Shown here one piece after another: positions 25,301-37,578 of a stretch of DNA of 64,000 nt. The position numbers and the translations under genes are program-made. The DNA comes from Phoronis australis (taxonomy: Eukaryota > Animalia > Phoronida), in the NCBI GenBank assembly GCA_002633005.1, contig NMRA01000025.1:404300-468299 (forward strand), given 5' to 3'. How positions within the stretch are numbered: position 1 is the stretch's first letter; every line of letters begins with the position of its first letter. The notes beneath the pieces were generated by a model. It saw only the letters and a program-made list of their open reading frames with translations. It ran no database searches and was not told where the DNA came from.

Positions 25301-28300
25301 TGACCAACTGGAATGCTTAATAAAACCTGGGCCCAACAAACGAAGGCTGTCTCCGACATATTATGATCAATCGTCTGTTGGCGAACAAACAATGGTAAAT
25401 TGTAGCACCCAAGATTAAAAACCTGTGTTGTCTAGTTTACAGGGCAATACTTCATATGCCTTCATTGATGGTTGCACAGCGCTGTATATGGACGGGAGTG
25501 GTGACTTTGCTGATGTTTTCGCGGTACCCACAATATCATCCCAAAGCTACACAATGGGTGTGTCAGTACGACTGACAAAGAAAAACATTGGTCAATCGCT
25601 TTTTCAGGACTGGAGTGATACCCTACGTCACTTCCGGCTGTTTATTTCCAGTAACAATAGAGTTGTGATGCAAATCCAGAAAAAACATGATGTAAGATTG
25701 CTGTATGTTGCGTCATCTAAGAAAGTGAGAATCAACAAATGGTCCGACATTGCCTTTACAAGAAATTTTGATGACGGGAACTTTGCCTTGTACTTAAATT
25801 CGGTGCTAGTGGGGAATGGAACATCGGGAGCGATGAAGAGTCACGTGCCAAACAACCATACGTCGTGGCAGATTGGTTACAAAAAACTTCCCATGGAGAG
25901 TTTCTTACATGGTTACATCCGTAATGTCTTTGTTACTTACGGGGTTTTGTCAGTGCCGGAAATCCGGGACTTAATGCAACCACCTCCGGTCAAATCGACG
26001 ACAATGTTCCTGAAACTGGACGGCACAGAACCTGAGCACGCACAATATTCCATCGAGTAAGTAGACACAGACAGAGGTGATAGAAAGCATGTTTTCCGCA
26101 AAATGGACAAAAGTTTCACATTTTTCCGTGAAATCGTCACTTTATCGTAAACTTCGAAAAATAGCTTTCAAGAGAACAAAACTAGCTCGACGAATTTCAC
26201 TAAATTGTTAAAACACAGTTTTTGCGAAAGTGAAAGAAAAAATCTCGTAAAACGAGTGTGAAAATCTCAAGTCGCAGTAAAGTTTACTTAGGTTCTAATT
26301 TGTAACCACGTCATCTTTGGCTGAGTTATAACAAAATGTTTAATTTACTCCCCAGGTATTTGTTTTTATTTTGAAAAAAATAATCGAGGATAATTTCCAC
26401 TTTCAAATGGTTTTGTTTTGAATAACAAAGTGGTCGCGTGCATTAATCAACGTTCAAATGTTTCTTTTGAAACACTTTGATCTGACATTACTCCGCTCTA
26501 TCTATTGGTGTGAAACATAGGGTTGGTAAAGAAATGGAAGAATGTGTTTAACTATAAAACTCAAATTCGAAACTGCACAAGTCGGATACCACAACAAAGA
26601 TGCGTCGGCTCCGTTTTGCATATACTTGCGTTGTGCAGTATTCACATGTAACTACTTACAATGTGTTCTGGGCAGGGGCATGTTTTATTAAAATTCGTAA
26701 ATTAACGGCACGTTACGACGTTTTTACAGAGTACAAATGGAGTCGTGTGCCAAAGCTTACAACTGGTCGAAAGACTCTGTTTAAATTTTGTGCAAAATGT
26801 CGTGAACTTATGACACTTAGTGAGTCAATTCTCATTTCGTCAGCTGCTCATACAGTGCAGGTCCACCTGCACGTGTAGTTCCCACGCAGTCCAAGGCAGT
26901 AAAGATACGACATGATCTTGTCAATTTCCCAAAATTTCTTTAAACCTGCACGCCCATATGCTGCCGTAGCAGTAATTCCAAATTTTCATTATTTTTCTAA
27001 AATGAAAAATTTCAACAAAATCTCGAAAAAACAAACCCAAGTTTATTACCATTTCTACTGTTTATAATCACCTCGATAAAAGGTTTGATGATTGTACCGG
27101 CACCATCAGCAAGCCACTCCCAACTTCACTGTGATTCACCATGTCAAGGGATGCCAATGAAACGGAACAGTGAGCTTTCATGCATGAGTTTACAAAAAAA
27201 TGATGATCTGTTAGTCTCAGTTGCGAGATCTCGACTCACCCTATGCCTGTTGAACGGGCAGTTTTACCACAGTTGATGATGTGGTCAGAATAATTTTAAG
27301 CATACTGTTCTGTGTGCCTTATCGTGGCCCCACCTGCACAATGACAAAGTTTTGCGATATTAAGGTACGCTGTGAAAATCGTGTTTTTTCAAGAAATGAC
27401 AATCAGCTATGTTCAAAGCTCCCTTACTGTTACTAACTTGTCTCTAGGCAGAGTTGTTCTTGTGCATTTTAAAGTTTCGCTGAGGGCGCATTCGGTATAG
27501 TTATCTGGCTTGTAATCTATTTAGATGGATCGGCAGAAGTTCTATAATCGCCCACGATGGTAAAAAAGTGGCGACTTTCGACGGTGTCAATGATACTCTG
27601 AAAGTAACGAACAACATACAGGTTACAGAATCAAGCTTTACTATGGGTATCGTCGTCTATATGATAGGCAACATGCAGAAAGACCGCATTCTTCTGGCAG
27701 ACGCTGAAGTAATTGCAACCAGTATTAATACAGACAATAAGTTCTGTGTGAAACTTCGTTCGTCGTCTGGCGACTGTAAGTAAAATGAACTGAAGATGTA
27801 CGTTATGTAGACAAATGAAACTCACGGTCACGCGAAGTATTATCAACCATTACAAGCAAAGCGCGATTAGTTTTTCACGCGAGTTCCTTGGGACTACGAA
27901 AAAGCCCTGCTTTGCGATAAATTATGTAGTGATATTCTCCCGTGTGATTCGAAGCACAACCAAGCACCACTCCATCACCCCTACCTATTTTCACCTCCAC
28001 GCCCACCCTCACCAGCACGTTTAGGAATAACGCTGGCATGAAAACCACGAAAGTGAACCAGGTTCTCACTATCACCGTCATTATCTCTTAAACGGCAACT
28101 GCCACTGCATGTGCAATCTTCACCACCGCTAACCCGAATGTGGTGCTATAAACTTTTGCTGCAAATCGAGGCTGTGCGATTTGAGAACGAAGGGTCAGTG
28201 TCTTGTTCCGTGTTTGCAGACACCTTCTAAGGGGCAATTTACTGCTGTAAAGATGTTGAATTCTTAAACAAAGCACTTGGGAGTTTTAAATTCTAAAAAG

Positions 28301-29092
28301 CGCTTCCGTTCATGAATTGTTGCCGAATGAAAAGACAAAGAGTACATGCAACCAAATAAAGTCTGAAGCGCTTTCTTGAGTCAGTAATGGTTTCAATAAT
28401 CTGGTTGGTAACATTAGGGAATAGCTTGAGACCCGCTTAATGAAGGGAAACATCTTCATTCGACTGTCGTTTTTCTCCAGCTAAACGGGGCGCAATGCAG
28501 CTTTAATTATCTGAACTTATGTATGAAAATATAACGCCGCGTCATTTTACAAGCGCGTCATGCGGCATAAAATTTGAATTCATACATCTCTTTTCACGGG
28601 AGTCATAACTTTTTCATGAGTTCTTGGATGGCTTTCGTTGGTAACAACTTACGGCAAACCCACATGTATCTTCAAGACTCAAAAGATAAGTCGAGCGCCC
28701 CCTAGGTCATCTCTAGGCATTTATTTACATTTCACGAAAAACGTCGCTCTAGTCGGCTAGTGTTGGCTTACGTAGTAAATGATCTATGTGTTTTGTTTGT
28801 AGATCACTTTAACACTCAGTGCAGTAACGAAACTCTACACGAAAACGTTTGGTACCAGCTAGCTTGGACTTGGGATTACCCGACGAAGACTAGCAATCTG
28901 TACGTAAATGGTTCTTTGGTTTCAACGGAGGTGTCTACAATCAACGAAGGCATTGCCTCAAACAAGTCGCCATGGAATATTGCTGGAAGTATCAGTAATA
29001 GAGAACAGTACTTTAAAGGTTTCCTCAAGAATCTGTTTTTTACCTTGGAAATAATTACGCCCGAGGAGTCTACAATTCTTCTTTCCCAATAA
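10025..29092 (+). CDS. Secreted PAN/apple + 3x LamG/pentraxin-like protein; join(10025-10340, [21303-21379 frameshifted], 21880-22503, 25436-26056, 27525-27775, 28803-29092)
   Basis: The last four exons join in phase (2,2,1) at GT-AG sites and end in TAA; the link to exon 1 is inferred and needs a phase 1-to-2 exon. Confidence 0.65.
12171..13483 (-). mobile_element. Kolobok DNA transposon, internally deleted (THAP + H2CH remnant)
   Basis: TTAA on both sides (12167-70, 13484-87), AGG...CCT ends, TIRs of about 280-310 bp; minus strand MPRCC, LHRFPKD..RRNWL..KHF and KFIV..LLELFRRCHVC..GT.V...C..GH...W.S.P. Confidence 0.88.
13834..13902. mobile_element. 69-bp micro-MITE with 5-bp TSD (TTCAT)
   Basis: CATGGGCGGCGCA...TGCGCAGCCCATG, internal G-run/C-run; relatives at 41524 and 59601. 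Confidence 0.8.
15166..17327. mobile_element. Non-autonomous TIR element, copy A (ISL2EU-like), interrupted by a solo LTR
   Basis: Reverse-complement homology to 49396-51174 along its length; begins AT|AGCC; right TIR cut by the next element. Confidence 0.7.
15491..16582 (-). mobile_element. Solo LTR (1092 bp)
   Basis: TGTCACG...CGTAACA ends, TSD CACAT/CATAT, absent from the homologous copy at about 50510, minus-strand AATAAA near 15625. Confidence 0.75.
17328..20941 (+). mobile_element. ISL2EU (PIF/Harbinger-related) element with YqaJ-like exonuclease remnant
   Basis: AT|GGGGCTATTCGGAAAAT...ATTTTCCGAATAGCCCC|AT plus subterminal GTACTAGTGGTGAT repeats; 19040-19475 reads TPAVLHG..Y..VAL...SGL.V....YL.AT...LVGED...KL.PFY. 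Confidence 0.75.
21088..21250. mobile_element. Truncated copy of the 32335-32586 MITE, ending near an N
   Basis: CATGCGCGCACCCAG...AATATGG..GCTCGAATT matches the reverse complement of the right end of 32335-32586. Confidence 0.6.
21303..21379 (+). CDS. Candidate linking exon of the PAN-LamG gene (1-nt frameshift)
   Basis: TTTTCAG acceptor, GTAAAC donor; removing one base gives VQSRSKMSILRLPCANDVINLAYIV, phase 1-to-2, resembling MFLKLDG...N..Y.I at the end of the next exons. Confidence 0.45.
21491..21838. repeat. Minisatellite, 7 x 50 bp
   Basis: GAAAATGTGGTTAGTCATATCTCTCTATCATCATCCCCAATTTACCTGTG units starting at 21491, 21541, 21591 and onward. Confidence 0.95.
21880..22503 (+). CDS. LamG/pentraxin-like domain exon A (phase 2-2)
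   Basis: TTTTAG acceptor, GTAAGT donor; ALYLDGSGD, KWYDIAF, LYVNS, WEIG, FLHGYIRNV. Confidence 0.9.
22814..24118 (+). mobile_element. Helentron-type non-autonomous element (HINE/DINE-like)
   Basis: Subterminal IR ACTCTGCGCGTG...CACGCGCAGAGT, (TTCTTA)n, internal repeats of about 432 bp, perfect 3' hairpin TTATTGTCACG-C-CGTGACAATAA, CTAG end; second copy at 63197. Confidence 0.85.
24410..25020 (+). repeat. Fragment of the repeat family at 36040-37578
   Basis: Shares TGACTTCGACTACTGT...CCTAGTGGC and other unit motifs. Confidence 0.5.
25436..26056 (+). CDS. LamG/pentraxin-like domain exon B (phase 2-2), paralog of exon A
   Basis: TCTAG acceptor, GTAAGT donor; colinear with exon A including the PPP-K-TTMFLKLDG tail. 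Confidence 0.9.
27525..27775 (+). CDS. Third LamG domain, N-terminal half exon (phase 2-1)
   Basis: TTTAG acceptor, GTAAGT donor; ATFDGVND, SFTMG. Confidence 0.85.
28803..29092 (+). CDS. Third LamG domain, C-terminal half, terminal exon
   Basis: TTTGTAG acceptor in phase 1; WYQLAWTWD, LYVNG, YFKGFLKNL, TAA. Confidence 0.88.
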
Positions 29093-29255
29093 TTCACAGC
29101 TGAATCAAACTTTTAACGTTCACCAGACACAGTAATGAGAAACGCTGTTGTGACATGTATTGTCGAAGTCAACCCATATTGTAGCTTGGATTACAATATG
29201 CATACATGCTACGTGCGACAATTCATGCTGTCACTATCTACAAATATTGTTGCCG

Positions 29256-32200
29256 TAGTCTAGGTGCCAAAAAGTTGACTTTGCAATGTTGTTTACTGTA
29301 AAGTTTTCTTTTGGAAATTTATTATTCGTTGCTAGGAGAACAAAATTAACTTGGTTGCACTATGTGCAACTTTGAGCATTTTTTATAATTCAAGATGGCG
29401 GCATCTTGAATTTCGCCTAATTTCCACACTCTGAACATGAAACCCTGTAGGATCCTGCAATTTATGGTTTCTAATGTTTTTTGGGACGGAGAGTCCATTT
29501 TTGATATTGTTTATGGATGCAAGGTCAAAGTCAAGGTCAAATGAAACAAGGAAAATTCATCTCTTTTGCGCAACGAAATGTTAAATTTATGGGTAATGCG
29601 GAATTATCATTTCTGTGATTCTATTATATAAAGAATAAGGGATAGCTAAATACTGAAGTAAGATATTCTCCCAACATCTCAATAACTAGTATAAAATATT
29701 GTTGTACCAGACCTAGGCATGCCGCTTAGGAAGTCCTTCGCACTGATCACCTTGGACCATCTTTATGCTTTATTAGTTGATACAGGGCTAAATATCTAGG
29801 GACTTGACTCAGGCGACCATAAGTTTGCCCCGAGTGACTCGAGAACACAACCTTTCGTAGAGGAAGGACACTAAGCCACACTTCCTCCTCATATAGTGAA
29901 TAGAGGTATGTGTATAGATTACGCGTAATCCGTGCAGGTTACATATACGTAAACTAGGATGGGCACTGTTACTAATCCAGGGAAAACTCATAAACTATTA
30001 CTTGTGGAACTTATTATAAAAAATAAAGTTCCCAACTTTGCAAAGCCGCCTGTCTTCTTCTACTCAGGATTGATGACTAACTGGTTCTCGAGAAAATTTC
30101 ACCACCCCATGCGTCGATGTTCATGGAGAACAGTTTCAAGGTTACTGGACCACGAGTCAGTGACTGCGATAAGTTCAATTTGACTCCTCCGTGTCTACTC
30201 AGAGGAGGGTTATTGGCGTCTCTGACAGCTCGTTCAAACCAAGAACGTTTCTTTGCCCAGTACCCTCACGTCTTGTGACCTCTCATGTTGGCGGCACTTG
30301 TCCGAAATACTACCATTCCACTTGTCCATTTGAGTCTTGACGTCTACTGGCATATTAGACGTCCCATAAATCAAGAGTTCGGAGACGTCAGTGTTGTCAC
30401 AAGTGATTATGATGATGTGGGTGCCTTCTTCCATCACTTTCAACATTTACCAATACAACGTCTGCTTCACGATGTGTAATTACACAGTGGCTCTCCTTGA
30501 CTCACTCGATGTTGGAACAGAAGGGAATAGCTTCATGCACATAAAAGGTTGTTTAACATAGCGTTTTTAATTATAGAATAGTTTAGCGGCAAAAGGGATG
30601 TTTAGGAACAGGGGTTAGCATGAGTTCCTCAACTTTTCCTCATGTTATCGCCTCATGGTCCTTTGTGTAGGCATCTTCGAGGTCATATTTTTCAGCAAAG
30701 CGAATAATTGTTTCACAAACGAGAGGATAGGTGGCTAGTAGAGTGTCGGGGCTTTACCCAAATCTCCAACCAACACCACCTTCGGAGCAGAATTATCTGG
30801 GGCATAATGCGATCGAAGAGATTTGACCAAAATGACTTTGTCACCCTTCCTCAGACTGCCGTATTTGCCGATCTGGGCTATAGGGAGTGGACTCAATAAG
30901 TACATACTGAAAGATATCAGCTATTTTAATGTTACAGTGCTGTCTTACGACAAACAGGCAACGGAACAGCGTCTCAATACCATGTCCTTCCCTCGACAGT
31001 ACAGACTTCTTCAGCAATTCCAGCATTTTGACTTTTTTCTTAATTGCTTTGTAACATTCACTGCTTACCAAAACTAAAAATCTGACTGCTCTGTTCATGC
31101 CCAGTGGTCAGCCTGTATTTCTGGAATTTACTCGGCGATTGCAGAAGTTATGGTAATATGACAGCTGGTCAGTGAACGGGTGTTTGTACTTCTCTATCTC
31201 CTCTGCAATCTTTCTCTAGTCATCCTCCTCCAGGTCCGCTACTCCCTTCTTGTACTTAGTCTTTTTCCTGTCGTCCACTACGTGACTTTTGCTCTTCACC
31301 ACCTTCATTCCACATAACTTATGTTCTCCATGGTAGGATCAAGGTGCGCACACCCACTGAAACTCTTTAACCACATGACCACTTAATTGGTCGGCTCTCA
31401 TTAAAATACTCCTTATAACCCCAGAAACTTTTACTCCTTTGATATACGGTAAGCCTGTTCTTAGAATAGGTCAACAGGTACTACAGTCTTGTCATCCACG
31501 TGTGCAGCTTCGAGTGGAACTTTTTGACTTTATTGGACAGGTGTTCTACCCACAGCAAACTTCAAAATAAACTTCGAAAGAACTCTGTCACGCTGCTAAA
31601 CTTGGTATAAACTTCTTGCCAGAAATGTTTGGCACCTTAGTTGAATGCTTATCGCACTTTTGTCGAAGTTTTCTCGTAGTTTAGGTTGACGTTATTGCGC
31701 TTAGTCGTTTATTGTTTATTTATGAATGAAGTTACGTGCAAATTGTGAAAGTTAAGACAACGTACATGGAGGCGCTATTGTATTCTAGGCCAAAATAATT
31801 TCCACGTCGTTTCATTTATTTTGAAGACTGCTACACCAGCGCACAATTATGGTGACCTGCTACGAAGAAACAAGTCTCCTTAAGACAGGGTCGTTGAAGG
31901 ACCATCTTTAGGTAAACCACCAGCTCTTCATAAGACGTGGCCCCATTTGAGTAGACATGGAGTTACATCATGGCTGTGATAAGATTGTAAACCTACAGAG
32001 CATCGGTTCTAACCCTACCGTTGACCACGGGAGTGTAACAGGTTAATACTCCGATGGCCCATGCCACCACTCCGAAAAAAACAGCTACTTCGAACGTCGT
32101 GTACTAAGAAAAAACACCGTTACTACGACTTTTTACTCGATCTTCCTAAGTTTTCTCAAAATTTCACTAATGGTTTATTAATTTGTTACTAACTAACAAA

Positions 32201-32831
32201 ATACCCAAACAAAAATAAATTTGGACATTGAAGTCCAATGACATTTCTGCCATTATTACTGTCTTTGTAGTTAACAACTCTTGTATCATATCTTCTTTGA
32301 AGTTCACTTGATCGAGAGAAAATGTATCATATTACATGCGCGCACCCAAGGGGGTGGCTCGGAGAGCTCGAACGAGCCCCCCATTTGGCGAAGTGGGCAA
32401 AAACGTTCGCCTCAAAACCACAAAAAATCTGAGAAAACGAGACAAAAGTCCACTAAAAAGGCGCGAATGCACAATTCATGGCCCAGAACGTGATATCCCG
32501 TTTTTAGTCCCATGTTTTTTTGTTTGTAAAAGGTCCATATTGCCAAAAATTCGAGCACTCCATATTTTAGACTGGGTGCGCGCATGTATTAGGTTATAAA
32601 ATAAAACAAATGCGTTCAATGTATTACAGAACTCTGTTAGTCATCAAGTTGAAAAAGCCAAAATTGGTGGAATCCGCCATCTTCAATTGTAAAAAATGCT
32701 CAAAGTTGCACTAAGCGCAACCAAGCTAATTTTGTTCTCCTGATCATATTTAATATATTTCAACAAAAAACTATACAGTAATCAACATTGCAGCGTTCAC
32801 TATGGGAGCTACTGGGCTGGCAACTAGACTA
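29256..32831 (-). mobile_element. Academ-type DNA transposon remnant
   Basis: TAGTCTAG...CTAGACTA ends, TIRs of about 150 bp, 3-bp TSD CCG/CAG; minus-strand remnants LFRCLFVVRQ..I.DIFQY, HREADV and DNTDV..LL. Confidence 0.78.
32335..32586. mobile_element. 252-bp MITE with 5-bp TSD (TATTA), nested in the Academ element
   Basis: Perfect TIR CATGCGCGCACCCA/TGGGTGCGCGCATG. Confidence 0.85.
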
Positions 32832-35800
32832 CAGTCCAAATCCACGTGTTGGAACGTGCGACCGTAGTATGCACATATGTGTTGCGGTGAACACCGTCAC
32901 GTATTGTGCACCACAGTTAATTGGTAGCCTTATTACCAGATTTTTTGACACACTGGCGGATCCAGAGTTAAAGGCGAGCCCATGGAATTCTAAGGATTCT
33001 CAAAACGGAATTGTAGCGATTAGAACGGGGGAAGGTCCGGGAGGGAATTGGTGATGATGATAATCACGCCTCGTTGGTTGGGTCGTTGATTTTCCAAACA
33101 GGAACGTTGGGAATTCTAAAGACGTGCTTTACTCTTTACAGATTTCAATAGCACCCTATAACTAAACTCCAAATCCGCATTCTGACCCTCTCTTTCAACT
33201 ACCCTGAGAGCTAGTCCCTAGTCGAAGTTTGGATGTGTCCATGCCTTCACTCACAGTCTCGTATCCCAACATGCACAAAGCCATGCAGTTTCACTAAAGG
33301 TAGAATGATGCTTTAAGGGAGGCGATAATATGTGCCATCATTATGTGATAAAATATATTGTTGCTCTTCGAATAGTCTTCCGCGCGAAAATATGCGTTAA
33401 GTGCCACAATATGTGTAAGAAAAACGTTGTGTAATTGATGTTTGTGTAAAATATACGTACATGTATGTTGAGGCTAGTTTGCAGTTGAACAAGAGACGAG
33501 AGCATGGTCGCAAATGGATATTTTGAGTAAGAACGAACAGACACCTCGAAAGCCTGTGTGCCGACGACAACACCAACCAATGTGCATGTACACTTTGGGA
33601 CATGACGATTCACCGGTGACGCTGCCTTGCCAAAAAAATTTGGGAGAGATAAAGTTCGCTTGCTTACAATGTTAACTCCAGGATGCTTTGATTACAACGA
33701 ACCTTAGTAGTTTCAGAATGTTTTAGAATGGTTCTGAGATCTTGTTTTGCAATTAGACTGAAATTAGTAGATGATTGTTGCAAACTCTACAACACTTGAC
33801 ATCATGTGAACGTGGAAAGAAAAAATGAAGCAGTCGACGAGTCGGGGTCCAGGAGAAAGGAGACTTGAATAGATTTCATATGACCAAATGTGACAATCTG
33901 ACCAGTGAATCGGACATTGCAAAAGTCACCATGAAAGGGTGAATTTCCAAATAAATTCCACACAAAATATTAACTTTATGGTTGGAACCATTTTAGCATC
34001 AAAACCACTAAAGGTTTCATATGCAACTGAGGTTTGTTGTTTTAAAAAGAATACATCACAGAGACTTTTTTCTTGAAATTCAATTCCCTGTAAATAATAA
34101 CTTTGCATAATTATGTTACCACAACAGTTGACTCTTCCATCGAGGCTCTCATCAAAATGGGTCAGTTTTAATCACTGTGCCAACTCAAAAAAGGGTGAGG
34201 TTTTATCTTGCTGACTATACAAAAGAGTGTGTATAATCTTAAATTCACAGCAACAAATACCCTCCGAAACAATTGAATACTCCGTACAACTGTAGGATGG
34301 AAGTCAGAGGCACTGCTGTCAGTCATTATAAAACTATTGCTAGACTGGTTAATGTTTGTGTGTTTAGGATCATTGACTGTATCTTTATGCTCCTAATTTC
34401 TGTGCGTAGTGGTAGTGACAAGTGTGCCAGTGTATTATACATTACAATGACAATGTCAATGTCATGAATAGCAGTATTTCAGTATGTGCTTATCTGACGT
34501 CGCAGTGACTAACGAGAAACTCGCAAGTGAGCTATTCAACCTTCACGGTAATCACGGGAGCTTACATAACGTACATGAACATGTTAACATACGAGAGGGT
34601 GTGCTCTGAAAAGATCGAGGCAATCTCCCGTGGCCGCGACGCACTCAGCTACTCCTTTCCCGCTATTCGGTGATATAATGTGCCTAAAATGACTGTTGTT
34701 GTGGAGGGCCTAATCAGCTAATGGCTATCTCTTCCACAAATTATTTCGTAAATAATCACATCACTTCAGAATTCAGCACAGTATACAAGATAATAACTAT
34801 CATTAAATGTTTCGTATACGTTACTGGTGATGTATTCCTTGACTCGTTAGCTTTGAAATGCGGGAGTTGGACGAGAACAGAGAGCTGTAAATCCATCGAC
34901 ATTCCCTTACTGGAAGTCGCCATGTTGGTGAACTAATTAATTTGACCTATTATTCAACTGACCAATAGAATGCCTTGTTTCTTGAAATCGCAACAGCCAA
35001 TGATGTTCCAAGAATGCATATGGAAAAGTGCGCTGTAGCAGACCCCAACCAACCTCGAGGGTCTGTGCAGGAGACTAGTTTCTTTGACGTACGGCTACTT
35101 CCTGTGAGACTTTAAGTGGTCACGTGGTACTAGCTGATATTTTCATTAGCAACCATGATCCGATCAAATGCTTTTGATGTCCCATAGTATAAGATTACGT
35201 CATGTTTCTTCGTCTGAAAATATTTGATGTGGTTACATGTGGACAAATGTGTGGCAGGTTATCAGTAAAAAATTACATGCTAGTGTTGGCTCACGGAGTA
35301 AATGGAAGGTGAATTACTTTTGCCCCACCTTCATTTGCAGCGCCCTCATGTAGTGACAGTGACGCTGCAAATGACAACACGCTGGCAGCAGTAATCTCTT
35401 ATATGCACATACCCGAGGTAGTCTTCCGATCAGAACAATTTAGGAGTCTTGAACGTTTATAACGGACAGTAGAATGGCACCCTGCTGGGCCAGAATGGCG
35501 TTGAGTGGGGCACAATCAATATTCAATGGGTCCCAATCGGCGTGGAGAAAAGGTACAAACCCAGAAATCAACTTCAGCTTCTTTCAAGCGTAATGCCGAT
35601 CAGCTTCGCGTCCATGTTCAATGCGAGGTTTTGCAACCGGTGTAAAACCTTAAAGAGGAAAGACTCACTAAGAGAATTTTCGCGTAATCATAGAGTGAGG
35701 GAATGATGGGTGACAGATATTAATGTATATTTACTAGTCTTGACTGTGGTGATGATTTTGATTGGTTTTTGCCCATTGATCTGAACTTTGAACTACAAAA

Positions 35801-36039
35801 ATTACATAAAAGAGAATGTTATAGATGGTGCTACATTTTATATAAAACAGTTTACGAAACAGAACTTTAAATATTTCTCGTTTCAAACGTTCTTTCATTG
35901 CTCAGTTTAGAATTGGCATATTACGACTTATGACAGAAGTAGGGGGATTTAAGTGTTTAACAATCGACGAGCGTACATAATCTTTGTGAAATATCTGAGT
36001 AGACGATGGATTCTATTTTTATACGTTCATATTTATATT

Positions 36040-37578
36040 TGGGTGCATATTGCAGTCATCTGTGCCTGGGAGTCCAGCGTCCGTCGTCCGGCGTCCGCAG
36101 TTGTATCTCCTAAACCCTCACAAGATCTTGATGGCATTTAGCATATGTGTTTCTGTGAAGCTGACGACGGACGACGGCGGATTTTGGACCTCTCCAACCA
36201 CCTCCTCAACTGATTTTCGTAAAATGTGACAGTTAGGCATCTATTACGTGAGATGACGCCATCCTCCCGTTTTCGGGTGGATTCGATGTACCTGGTGGCT
36301 CTTTTACTGTCTTGAGTGTGTGTTTGGGGTCCACTCTTCTATCAACCAAACCGCTCTAGGGATGATTGAGAAAATTGTAACAGTTCTTACTGTAGAGGGA
36401 TGTTGACGATGATTTTCCAGCGTCTTCGACCACTGTGGGGACTCCTGGTGGCAGCTTTGTTTGTTTTTGCGCTCAAGGCTGTATCTCCTTAACGTTCTAC
36501 AGGATCTTTATTAAATTTTGCTCGTGTATTTATATGAAGTTAAGAACGGTCGACGACTTTCGGACGGATCGAACTTCCGGTGTTTCCCCTAGTCGCAATT
36601 TTATTTTTTTTACGTTTACCTCTTTATCTTCAAAGGTCCTCAAAGGATTTTCATAAAATTTAGTAGACTGGCATCTATTAGTGTGGTGACACTATCCTCC
36701 GGTTTTCGGTTTGATTCGAGGTATTTTGCGCCACCTAATGGCCATTTTTACTGTTTTCGACTCTGTATTGGCCTCTACCCCTCTGTCAAGCAAAACCTGT
36801 TTAAGGATGGTTGTGGAAATTAGCATATATGTTTCTAATGTGATGAGGAGGGCTGACCATGATTTTCCTATGACTTCGACTACTGTGGTGCTTCCTAGTG
36901 GCAGTTGCCCATGGCTGTATCTACCAAACCTTATACAGGATCTTTATTAAATTTAGCAAGCGTATTTATATGAAGTTGACAACAAACAACGACGACTTTC
37001 AGCCGGATCTGACAATTTCTGTGTCCCCTAGTGGCAATTTCATTTTTTCCGGTTTTCTTCTGTTTCTCTGAAGCTGCTTGACGGATTTTTATGAAGTTTG
37101 ACATTGTAATGATGGATGATCCTGTTTACGGATGGATTCGTCATATTTCGCGCCATCTAGTACCCATTGTTATTGTTTTCTAGTCTGTTTCTGGCATCCG
37201 CCCCTCTGTCAACCAAACCACTCTAAGAATGATTGTGAAAATTGTCATATGTGTTCTTGGTGAGGACCGTTGATGATGATTTTCCGACAACTTCATCAAA
37301 TGTGGCGCCTCCTAGTGACAGATATGTTTTGTTTTGCGACCACATAGCCTCCAAGTGGCAATTTCATATTTTTCCGTTTTCCTGGATTTCTCAGAAGTTT
37401 TTTGACAGATTTTAATGAATTTGGTAAATAGCTTTGATGACATATAACAGTTCTCGGATGGACCTGACGCACTTTGCGCCATCTAGTGGTCATTTTTATG
37501 ATATAAATAAACACGCCTAGAAGCACACCGTGTGTGCGGTGCATTCGTGGCACATTTCAACCCTCCTCATTGCTCTTG
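36040..37578 (+). mobile_element. Second Helentron-type element with internal tandem units of about 430 bp
   Basis: (CGTC)n-like tract near the 5' end, motifs recurring every 423-440 bp, small 3' hairpin and CTTG end; boundaries approximate. Confidence 0.5.

Noticed and set aside
33890-35080. Possible transposon remnant ending ...GTCTGTGCAGGAGACTAG
   Set aside because: Only one plausible terminus and no convincing coding motif; too weak to call
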